DNA from: Candidatus Micrarchaeia archaeon
GTDB taxonomy: Archaea > Micrarchaeota > Micrarchaeia > CAILAH01
Direction: 5' to 3'
Assembly: GCA_038874595.1 (NCBI GenBank)
Contig: JAVZCB010000005.1
Coordinates: forward strand, 33,005-97,004
Length of the DNA: 64,000 nt
In this document: positions 50,189-58,356 of the stretch, one piece after another
Layout of the letters: every line of letters begins with the position of its first letter
Numbering within the stretch: the stretch's first letter is position 1
Translations under genes and position numbers: made by a program
Notes under the pieces: model-generated
The model's input: only the letters and a program-made list of their open reading frames with translations
The model's database searches: none
Told to the model about the DNA's origin: nothing

Positions 50189-51136
50189 TTGGGAAACTTA
50201 ACGCATAAACATACGTTACAATGGCTCCTAAAAGGGTGCTTTGTTCCTATAGATAAGCCAAGAGGGCCACCAAGCGCGCAGGTTGGGCAGTGGGTACGGG
50301 AGATAATCGGTGCTGAGAAAAACGGCCATATAGGGACGCTTGACCCTAACGTCTCCGGCGTGCTGCTTGTTGGGATAAACAAGGCGGTACGGCTCAGCAG
50401 GTATCTGAGCGGGCAGGACAAAGAATATGTTGGGATTATGCACCTGCACAGAGATGTTGAGCATAAAAAAATCATTGAGGTTGTCAAATCATTCCAGGGC
50501 AGGATTACACAAAAACCTCCGTTAAGGAGTGCTGTCGCAAAGAAGTTGAGGGAGCGGACTGTAAGGCGTATTGATGTGCTTGAGATAGAAGGGCGCGATG
50601 TCCTTATGCGTGTCGAGTGTGAAGGCGGCACTTACATCAGGAAGCTGATGTTTGACATTGGAAAAAAGCTAGGGTGTGGTGCAAACATGCTTGAGCTGAG
50701 AAGGATAAGGAGCGGGGCTGTTGGGGAGAATAGGTGTGTCAGCTTATATGACCTCCAGGCAGCGGTAAGGAAGTGGAAAGAGCAAGGGGATGAATCCCTG
50801 CTCAGGAATATGCTCATCCCTCCTGATGAAATACTGTGCCTTGAAAAAATTGTTGTTAAGGAAAGCGCACTGCCATCACTTGCATACGGCTCACCCATAT
50901 ACAGGAGCGGGCTCGCAGCTGTAAAAAATGATGGTGTGGATGCTACAAAGGTAAAGGAGGGCAAATGCGCGGCAGTAGATTATGCTGGCCGTGGCAAAGA
51001 TGTTATTGTATATTCTGAGAGTGGTGTGTTCTGCGGTGTTGCTGAGGTCATTGATGGCCCTGAAATGTATGCCAAGCTGAGGGTTAACTGGCTCGACCCG
51101 AGAGAATTTGGAAAGAAGTGGAAAGAGAATAAATAA
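50189..51136 (+). CDS. cbf5: Pseudouridine synthase Cbf5/TruB
   Basis: DKPRGP.S, GH.GTLDP.VSG, KEYVG, QKPPLRSAV, GTYIRKL and MLELRR motifs. Confidence 0.95.
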   Translation: MGNLTHKHTLQWLLKGCFVPIDKPRGPPSAQVGQWVREIIGAEKNGHIGTLDPNVSGVLLVGINKAVRLSRYLSGQDKEYVGIMHLHRDVEHKKIIEVVKSFQGRITQKPPLRSAVAKKLRERTVRRIDVLEIEGRDVLMRVECEGGTYIRKLMFDIGKKLGCGANMLELRRIRSGAVGENRCVSLYDLQAAVRKWKEQGDESLLRNMLIPPDEILCLEKIVVKESALPSLAYGSPIYRSGLAAVKNDGVDATKVKEGKCAAVDYAGRGKDVIVYSESGVFCGVAEVIDGPEMYAKLRVNWLDPREFGKKWKENK

Positions 51137-51186
51137 TGCAACTGCCTAAATGGATTAAGCAATTAAGGTTCAACTCAAATCACATA

Positions 51187-51486
51187 TTATTTCCTGAGCA
51201 TCCTGTACTCGCCGCCCTCAACTTTCAATGCCTTGCCATTTGTAACCGCATCTGCAACTTTCTTGCGGGCGGATGTGACAATCCTGTGGAAAGTTGGCTG
51301 TGAAACGCCCATTTTTGAGGCACACTCTTCTTGTGGCATGCCGTTCAGGTCAGCAAGGCGGAGCGCTTCCGCTTCATCTACCGAGAGTACCACTTCTTCT
51401 AGAGAGGATACAGGGACACCGGCCGGCTTAAAATAAGCAATATCAAACCTGTGCCCGATCCTCCTGCATACCCTTGGCCTTGGCAT
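51187..51486 (-). CDS. DUF134 (UPF0251) HTH protein
   Basis: MPRPRVCRRI...FKPAG...DEAEALRLADL.G..QEECA..MGVSQPTF.RI..SARKKVADA...GKAL. Confidence 0.93.
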   Translation of the reverse strand: MPRPRVCRRIGHRFDIAYFKPAGVPVSSLEEVVLSVDEAEALRLADLNGMPQEECASKMGVSQPTFHRIVTSARKKVADAVTNGKALKVEGGEYRMLRK

Positions 51487-51518
51487 ATGCTGGTTTAGTC
51501 AGGAAATTATATTATTTC

Positions 51519-51737
51519 TTATTTCTTGAGCTCAGCCAGCCTTTTCAAGATGTATTCCCTTTCTAGGTCAAGATGCTTCAGCTGAAGCTCAAGCTGGGCA
51601 ACCTCATCCTGCGGGCTGAGCTGCCTTGATGCTGAACCCCATCTGCCAAACCAGGCGCGCGGGGAAGCGCAGCGCCCCCTGCCGCAGCCAGTCATTGGCC
51701 CATTCCCATTTGGCCCTGTTCCATCACCATTTGGCAT
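51519..51737 (-). CDS. DUF5320-family protein
   Basis: MPNGDGTGPNGNGPMTG.GRG.C motif and C-terminal coiled coil. Confidence 0.88.
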   Translation of the reverse strand: MPNGDGTGPNGNGPMTGCGRGRCASPRAWFGRWGSASRQLSPQDEVAQLELQLKHLDLEREYILKRLAELKK

Positions 51738-51749
51738 AATACCACCTAT

Positions 51750-51767
51750 AATGAATTATTATTCATT
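51750..51767. promoter_or_regulatory. Palindromic operator candidate upstream of the DUF5320-DUF134 pair
   Basis: AATGAAT-TATT-ATTCATT, between a TATA-like tract and the AGGTGG ribosome-binding motif. Confidence 0.5.
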
Positions 51768-51773
51768 TAAAAT

Positions 51774-52604
51774 TTATAAATGTTTTGAATTAGTATTCAT
51801 TTCCTTTTTTTCCCGTGCCTTTCCTTCGCGCCAGAGGCGCTCCGCCTCTTCTAATGTCACTTTCTTGCCATCAAGCAGAAACGGCTTCCGGCCGCTCATC
51901 TTAAGAATTACATTTTCAAAGACATCTTCTATCTTGAACATCCCCCTTTTCTGACACAGGTGTGCAAGAACAACTGCATCCCATATGATATCCCCTATCT
52001 CTTCTTTTATGTTATTGAGGTCTTTTTTCCTGAACGCCTCTTCCAGCTCATCCACTTCACTTCTAAGATGAGGTAGATATTTCCCTGGGAGCTGCCTGCT
52101 GCACCACGGGCATAACAAAACATTATTCTTTGCAAGGTGAATAAGGTGCTCTGCACGCGAGCGCGGATGTGTCGCTGCAATGCGCTCCTTTATCAGGGTG
52201 GTTTTGTACCTGCGCGGGTTGAGAGAGCAGCTGTCCCTCAACACTTCTATCCCTTTGCTCTTGCAATACTCCCATAAAACCTCTGGAAGTTTCTGGTCAT
52301 ACCCGAGGAATATGATTGAAGGATGTATCCTCTTCAACGTGATGCGCATATCCTTGTTGCTTCCTATAACTGCCCTGTCAACCGGGCGAAGCGCACTTAC
52401 AACTGAAAGCCGCTCTTTCTCGTTATGGATGGGGTTCTTGCCTTGCTTTCTTGCGTTCCTGTCAGTGCCTACAACCACAACGAGCTCGTCCCCGAGCGAT
52501 TTTGCGTGCTCAAGAAAATGCACGTGGCCTTTGTGTATTATATCAAAAATGCCCCCGACAAGGACCACTCTCTTTTTTTTGCTAGAAGGATTTTTAATGA
52601 CCAC
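51774..52604 (-). CDS. Cytidylyltransferase-family (RibL FAD synthetase-like) domain fused to MazG pyrophosphatase
   Basis: GGIFDIIHKGH..FL..AK.LGDELVVVV and LGYDQ, then CPW...EVDEL...KEEIGD; GTG start at 52604 after AGGTGG. Confidence 0.85.
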   Translation of the reverse strand: MVIKNPSSKKKRVVLVGGIFDIIHKGHVHFLEHAKSLGDELVVVVGTDRNARKQGKNPIHNEKERLSVVSALRPVDRAVIGSNKDMRITLKRIHPSIIFLGYDQKLPEVLWEYCKSKGIEVLRDSCSLNPRRYKTTLIKERIAATHPRSRAEHLIHLAKNNVLLCPWCSRQLPGKYLPHLRSEVDELEEAFRKKDLNNIKEEIGDIIWDAVVLAHLCQKRGMFKIEDVFENVILKMSGRKPFLLDGKKVTLEEAERLWREGKAREKKEMNTNSKHL

Positions 52605-52614
52605 ACAACCACCT

Positions 52615-53754
52615 TTAATTGCCCTTTTGCCTTGCAGTATCCTTAAGCGCCTTATCAAATTTTGCGAAAAAGGATTCCCAAGTGAAATTTTGCACAACGT
52701 GGCGCCTGCCCGTGCGCCCCATTTTCTCAATAAGTGATGGATCGGCTGCAAGCAGGTTCATGCACATTGCCATCTCATCTGTGCTTTTGCATAGGAACCC
52801 GGTCTTCTCGTGCAGGATCGTCTCGCGCGGGCCGCCCTCATCGATTGCGATAACGGGCTTCTCGGAAGCCATTGCCTCAAGCGGAATTATCCCAAAATCC
52901 TCATTAATAGGTGTGAAGAGCACTGCTGTGCAGTTTGAGTAAAGCTCTATCAAATCGAGATAAGGTACATTGAGCCTTATCTCCCCGAGGCCGTCCATCA
53001 TGGAAACCAGCTTTTTGTAATACTGCTCGTGCTCGCTCCTCCCGGGAATAAGTGAGCCAGCAATGATAAGCTTATAGCCCTTGCTGTGCAGGCCGCTCTT
53101 CCTAAATGCCTCAATTGCAATCTCAAACCTTTTCTCAGGTGTAATCCTCGAAGGATAGAAAAAGTACTTCTTGTACCCGTTGTTCTTGTAGTGCGATGCA
53201 GTTATACCTGGATATATTACTTCCGCATCGCGATTCAAGTATTTTCTTATGCGCGCCTGTGAATTTTTTGAGTTTGTAACAATCTTCTCAATCTTCGGGA
53301 CGACTTCGTACTCAAAATGCTTGTAAAACTGTATTGAAGCCCAAAAGATTGCCTTCCCAAAAATTCCGCGCTGTTTCATCCTCCACTCATACAAGTCAAA
53401 CGCCTCGCGGTTTGGCGTGTGGCAGTACCACAGCATTCGCTCATTCCTATGCCGCGCCCACTCGCTCGGTGTACCGTGCGCATTTATCACATCATAATCT
53501 TCACGAATTTTAAGGTTGTAAAATGCCTCGCCGCTTTGTATCCCCCACTTAACGCGCTCACCCAGCATGGAGGCTGGAAATGTCAGCGCCGGCTTTACTA
53601 TACGGATATCAAACTGCTTGAACTCTGCAAACGTGTTATCAGGTAGATACCTATATGTATAAATTACCGGGTTATACTTGCGTGCAATCTCCATCACAAC
53701 TTTCTCAAGCCCTCCCTTTGCGTGCAGGAAAGGCTGAAGGAGAACAACATCCAT
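52615..53754 (-). CDS. Glycosyltransferase family 4
   Basis: GGLEKV, YCHTP, RITPEKR and EDFGIIPLEAMAS.KPVIA..GGP.ET motifs. Confidence 0.95.
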   Translation of the reverse strand: MDVVLLQPFLHAKGGLEKVVMEIARKYNPVIYTYRYLPDNTFAEFKQFDIRIVKPALTFPASMLGERVKWGIQSGEAFYNLKIREDYDVINAHGTPSEWARHRNERMLWYCHTPNREAFDLYEWRMKQRGIFGKAIFWASIQFYKHFEYEVVPKIEKIVTNSKNSQARIRKYLNRDAEVIYPGITASHYKNNGYKKYFFYPSRITPEKRFEIAIEAFRKSGLHSKGYKLIIAGSLIPGRSEHEQYYKKLVSMMDGLGEIRLNVPYLDLIELYSNCTAVLFTPINEDFGIIPLEAMASEKPVIAIDEGGPRETILHEKTGFLCKSTDEMAMCMNLLAADPSLIEKMGRTGRRHVVQNFTWESFFAKFDKALKDTARQKGN

Positions 53755-53841
53755 ACTTTGATATGTGCAGGGAATATTTTAACTATAACACACAGTGCCG
53801 GCTAATAGCAGCGGGAACAATTTAGCAAAGGCGCGTTAAGC

Positions 53842-54687
53842 CTACTGCTCATTTGTGTGTATTGTTATTTTTATGGGGTTCACCCCATCACCCGCCTTAA
53901 GCACTACCTTCCCATTATCAACAAAAATATCAAAACTGCTGAAACACGGGCGGGTTACAAACAATTTAGGCTCGCCCATACCATCCAATCTCCCTGCCTT
54001 GAACATTTTAGAGAGAGGAAGCTCCATTACACCGCTGCCTTCCTTCCGCTTTGTGTTTGCAATTGCATAATGCACACCGTTGCGCTTCCCAGTATAAATT
54101 GCAACGTGGCCGTATTTTTCCTTGGGTGTCGGATTAGCAACCTCGCCGGCAACATCTTTATGGAATATCAAATCGCCTATGTTGCTTTCAGAAAGAGCAA
54201 ATGCAAGTAATGACTTGCGCATTTCACTTATAACAATCTCTGTTGAATTCCACTGCTCATAAGTTGTGCTCCCTATATCCGCAGAGACTTCATAGGCCGC
54301 ACCGGGATTCACTTGATTAAGTGCAGTGCGCATCACACGTGAGATTGCGCGGCTGTAAACCTCTCTTGTAAAAAGCGCACAGTCCCATTCCCCAAGCTTG
54401 TATTTCCTGCCTTTATTTTCCTGCATTACGTTTCGTGCTTCCTCCAATATTATAAGCGAAGTGCCGGCCCGCTCTCCCCATATGCGCATAAAAACCTGTG
54501 ATGCCTGCACTGCTGTTGTGTGCAGCAAATCTGCCTGCCCGTATGGCGTGGTTATCTCCTGAGCATCCTGTTTGGAGACAGATATCGCCTCTTCTTTGAG
54601 GGGCTGTGTGTGCAGTAAAATGCAAGCGGATACTGCAACCGTACCTAATGCTTTTGCGATTAATGGCAATTTATTCTGCAATGTCAT
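53842..54687 (-). CDS. NlpC/P60-family cysteine hydrolase with N-terminal hydrophobic segment
   Basis: G.KY.LG..DCALFT..VY, GDLIF and GHVAIYTG motifs. Confidence 0.8.
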   Translation of the reverse strand: MTLQNKLPLIAKALGTVAVSACILLHTQPLKEEAISVSKQDAQEITTPYGQADLLHTTAVQASQVFMRIWGERAGTSLIILEEARNVMQENKGRKYKLGEWDCALFTREVYSRAISRVMRTALNQVNPGAAYEVSADIGSTTYEQWNSTEIVISEMRKSLLAFALSESNIGDLIFHKDVAGEVANPTPKEKYGHVAIYTGKRNGVHYAIANTKRKEGSGVMELPLSKMFKAGRLDGMGEPKLFVTRPCFSSFDIFVDNGKVVLKAGDGVNPIKITIHTNEQ

Positions 54688-54737
54688 AACAAGTTAGCAG
54701 ATGCCTCTTTTAAAAAACATTTCGCAGAATTGGTATT

Positions 54738-55205
54738 ATGGAAAGGACTTATCACTTGTTATATCCGATGCGTGTGGTGCTCATAAGCGCACGTGCTGAT
54801 AGTAAGGATAACGTGATGGCAGCCGCGTGGTGTACACCGCTCTCTTTTGAGCCGCCCATGTTCGGTGTTGCAATAAGCAAAAAGAGGTTTACGTACGGGC
54901 TGATTAGGAAATCCGGGGCATTTGCAATAAACCTGGTATCTCCTGATATGAAACAGAAAATGCTCATCTGCGGCTCAAAAACCGGAAAAGGCATTGACAA
55001 ATTTGAGTTGGCCGGGTTAAAAAAACAAGAAGGAAAACGTACCATACTCGTTGGTGATTCGCCTGCAAGCATTGAGTGTGAGGTTGTAAGTGAGATGGAG
55101 ACCGGTGACCACGTGTTCCTTGCTGGAAAAGTGATTAACGTAATAAGAAGAAAAGATGGGGGTGGGCTTTACCACTTCGGTGGGGATGTGTTCGGGGAAG
55201 TGTAA
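54738..55205 (+). CDS. Flavin reductase-like (flavoredoxin) protein
   Basis: NVMAAAW..P.S.EPP, FAINL, IECEV and TGDH..F motifs. Confidence 0.9.
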   Translation: MERTYHLLYPMRVVLISARADSKDNVMAAAWCTPLSFEPPMFGVAISKKRFTYGLIRKSGAFAINLVSPDMKQKMLICGSKTGKGIDKFELAGLKKQEGKRTILVGDSPASIECEVVSEMETGDHVFLAGKVINVIRRKDGGGLYHFGGDVFGEV

Positions 55206-55303
55206 TGCACTTCCAAAATGCTTATAAAGTAGGGGGTGCACAATCATATCACCTGCCCTTGCCATAGGCTATGGGCAAGAAAAAGAAAAAAGAAGTGGAA
55301 TAA

Positions 55304-55456
55304 ATGGATAGAGAAAGAGGATTCGGCGGAGATAGGCCGATGTATGATGCAACGTGCTCCGATTGCGGGGCTGCGTGCAAGGTTCCTTTCCAGCCAACAC
55401 CTGGAAAGCCGGTATACTGCCGTGACTGTTACAGAAAACACAAGCCGAGATACTAA
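55304..55456 (+). CDS. CxxC-x17-CxxC small zinc-binding protein (50 aa)
   Basis: Manual translation: MDRERGFGGDRPMYDATCSDCGAACKVPFQPTPGKPVYCRDCYRKHKPRY*. Below the ORF-track size cutoff. Confidence 0.9.
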   Translation: MDRERGFGGDRPMYDATCSDCGAACKVPFQPTPGKPVYCRDCYRKHKPRY

Positions 55457-55593
55457 ATCTTAGCTGATGTTTCGTATAGTTACTGCCAAGTTTTTCTTTT
55501 TTTATTTGTTTTTAAAGCGCGCTAGTACTATTCTTTATAAAACTCTCTCCCTTGAATTAACCAGCTGTGTCTGAAAGGCACTGGTGGTAAGTT

Positions 55594-55986
55594 ATGAAAC
55601 TGAACCTATCAGAGAAGGATGGAAACACCTATAAGGTGGAGCTTGATGCTGATAAGGCAAGGATGCTTATCGGCAAAAAGATTGGCGATGATGTTGAGGG
55701 AGATCTCATAGGTGCCCCTGGGTATATCTTCACCGTACGGGGTGGGAGCGATATATCAGGGTTCCCGATGCGCGCTGATGTGCCTGGCACGGGAAAGAAA
55801 ATGCTGCTGCTCACAAGTGGCACGGGGATTAGGAAATCAAGGAAAGGCGAACGCCTCAGAAAGCCTGTGCGCGGTAACACTGTATCCGACCAGATAACCC
55901 AGCTTAACCTTGTTGTTAAGACAAAAGGTGCGCAGGCACTTGCTGAGCTGTTCCCAAAGGCGGAGAAGAAAGAGGAAAAGAAGTAG
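55594..55986 (+). CDS. rps6e: 30S ribosomal protein S6e
   Basis: LIGKKIGD, GGSD.SGFPMR.DV.G and GERLRK.VRGN motifs. Confidence 0.96.
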   Translation: MKLNLSEKDGNTYKVELDADKARMLIGKKIGDDVEGDLIGAPGYIFTVRGGSDISGFPMRADVPGTGKKMLLLTSGTGIRKSRKGERLRKPVRGNTVSDQITQLNLVVKTKGAQALAELFPKAEKKEEKK

Positions 55987-56022
55987 GGAACCGCAGATTA
56001 CATAATATTTGGTGTGTTGTGA

Positions 56023-57225
56023 ATGCAGCCTGAAATGAATATTGTGATGCTTGGCCACGTTGACCATGGGAAGACCAGCATCACCAAAGCGCTCAGTGGA
56101 GTGTGGACGGATACGCACAGTGAGGAGGTCAAGAGAGGTATTACAATCAAGATTGGGTATGCTGATGTGAACATATATAAGTGCCCGAATTGCGAACCGC
56201 CCGCATGTTTTGGAACAAAAGAGTTATGTGAGAAATGCGGCTCGGCGTGTACGCTCGTAAGGAAGTTTTCAATCCTTGATGCGCCTGGCCATGAGACGCT
56301 TATGACGACTGCCATTGCAGCGTCAAGCATTACTGATGGTGCCCTGCTTGTTATTGCTGCGAATGAGGATTGCCCGCAACCGCAAACGTTGGAGCACTTG
56401 ATGGTGCTCGAAGTGCTGGGCATCAAGAATATTGTTGTTGTGCAGAATAAGGTGGATATCGTTACTCCTGAGAAAGCAAAGCAGAACTATGCACAAATAA
56501 GAGAGTTCCTGAAAGGTACAAACGCTGAAAACGCGCCTATTATCCCTATGGCTGCAAATTATGGTATCAATGTAGATGCGTTGCTAGAGGCTATTTACTC
56601 ACACATACCCGTGCCTGAAAGGAATAGCAAGCTGCCGCTCAGGATGTTTGTCGCGAGGTCGTTTGATGTTAACAAGCCTGGCTCGGAAATTACGAAACTG
56701 GTTGGCGCAGTGCTCGGCGGCTCGGTAATACAGGGTGAGGTTAATGAAGGCGACCAGATAGAAATTAGCCCCGGCATAGTGATTGATGAGAAGAAGGGTG
56801 TGTATGAAAGACTTTATACTACTGTAACTGAGATAAGGTCTGGCGGGGAAAAAGTTAGTTCTGCTGGGCCTGGTGGGCTGCTTGCCGTCTCAACACTGCT
56901 AGACCCTTCACTTGCAAAATCGGATGGATTGGTTGGGCAAGTTGTAGGCAAGCCGGGAACGCTCCCAAGCCCTGTAAAAGAGGTGCAAATAGAATATCAC
57001 TTGTTTGAGCGCAAGGATATGCAGATGCCTATGATACAGCTCAACGAGCCTATTGTTTTGAGTGTGGGGACTGCAGTTACTGTGGGTGTAGTGCGCAACC
57101 TGAAGAAAGGTATTGCCGACGTTGTGCTTAAAAGGCCAATCGTGGCTGAGAAAGGCAGTAAGGTGGCTATAAGCAGAAGACAGGGGAACAGGTGGCGGCT
57201 CGGCGGGTTCGGCATAATCAAGTAG
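56023..57225 (+). CDS. eif2g: Translation initiation factor aIF-2 gamma
   Basis: QPEMNI..LGHVDHGKT, RGITIKIGYA, DAPGHE, QNKVD, RSFDVNKPG and RWRL.G.G motifs. Confidence 0.97.
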   Translation: MQPEMNIVMLGHVDHGKTSITKALSGVWTDTHSEEVKRGITIKIGYADVNIYKCPNCEPPACFGTKELCEKCGSACTLVRKFSILDAPGHETLMTTAIAASSITDGALLVIAANEDCPQPQTLEHLMVLEVLGIKNIVVVQNKVDIVTPEKAKQNYAQIREFLKGTNAENAPIIPMAANYGINVDALLEAIYSHIPVPERNSKLPLRMFVARSFDVNKPGSEITKLVGAVLGGSVIQGEVNEGDQIEISPGIVIDEKKGVYERLYTTVTEIRSGGEKVSSAGPGGLLAVSTLLDPSLAKSDGLVGQVVGKPGTLPSPVKEVQIEYHLFERKDMQMPMIQLNEPIVLSVGTAVTVGVVRNLKKGIADVVLKRPIVAEKGSKVAISRRQGNRWRLGGFGIIK

Positions 57226-57284
57226 TGGCAGATTCGCGATATTTTTAATATTTACTTTAACTTAATCCTGTTAGGTGATTATTC

Positions 57285-58109
57285 ATGGAGAGTTTCAAGC
57301 CTAAGAAAATAGAAAAGAATATTGCTGATGAGACCAAAGAAAGGAAGACCTCTTTCCAAAAAGTAAAGGATGCCTGGGATGGGGCAAAGAAATACCTAAA
57401 AAAGGCGGCGATTGGTGCTGCAATTATGGGCGCATTATATGCGTGCGGTGACAATGCAACTAGCGGGGCTAATAAGATAGAGGATGCTGGCAATGCTGAT
57501 GTGATGGTTGTTAAGGATACCGGTGGGTCCGAAGATGTCCCGCAATTAAAGGAATGGGAAAAGCCGGAGAATTATACGGAAGTGTGCGGCCCCACTACGA
57601 TTAAGGGTATAAATTTTTGCAGTGATGACAAATTATGCAAGATATGTAATCTTACACTTGCTGACATATGGAATATGGGGGGCGAATACAGAGAGGCTAT
57701 AAATAATGGGAATATATCCTATGTCCTGTTTTCGAACGTAAAGAACGAAAAGTATTCAAATATGCTTGTTATTCCGATAAACCAATATGCCAATAATGAG
57801 TATGCAGTAAATAACATGTTCATCCTTAATACAAGGTTCTATCCGTATGGCTACTGCGATATGGACCTGAGTAACCTTAACGGGATGGGGGCACCCGAAA
57901 AAATAATTGTTGTTGGGGTTACCGAGATACCAACAAAGGACATCACAGGACAGGGGGTAAACATGGTATTTGTTATGTGCAATATGGGTGTTATAGGTGA
58001 ATACTCAACGCAGATAAATGGAGATTGGAAGATATATACAGGGAATACTTTTATTAGGGCTATAGCGATGCCGGAAGAATTGTACAACGCTCTCTATGGT
58101 AATAAGTAA
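57285..58109 (+). CDS. Putative lipoprotein with long basic leader
   Basis: Lys-rich N-terminus, AAIGAAIMGALYAC lipobox-like site, DAG/DTG linker and Asn-rich C-terminal domain. Confidence 0.7.
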   Translation: MESFKPKKIEKNIADETKERKTSFQKVKDAWDGAKKYLKKAAIGAAIMGALYACGDNATSGANKIEDAGNADVMVVKDTGGSEDVPQLKEWEKPENYTEVCGPTTIKGINFCSDDKLCKICNLTLADIWNMGGEYREAINNGNISYVLFSNVKNEKYSNMLVIPINQYANNEYAVNNMFILNTRFYPYGYCDMDLSNLNGMGAPEKIIVVGVTEIPTKDITGQGVNMVFVMCNMGVIGEYSTQINGDWKIYTGNTFIRAIAMPEELYNALYGNK

Positions 58110-58356
58110 TGTGCTGGATTTCTTTTTTTAATCCACACAATTTTTAGATTTTATAGGAAACCATAAGGCAAGGGATGGTGTAAGCTTGCCCCGTTTTTGA
58201 AAACTGCGTGATTATGCGCTTATTTTCGCTTTTTAAGATTTTATAACCACGCAAAGAAACCATTACAAAAACTTCCTGCAAAACTACGAAAATTTTCTCC
58301 GAATAGGAAAACTGCGGGGATAACAAATAAAAATAGATAACGCATTAAAGCAAAAC

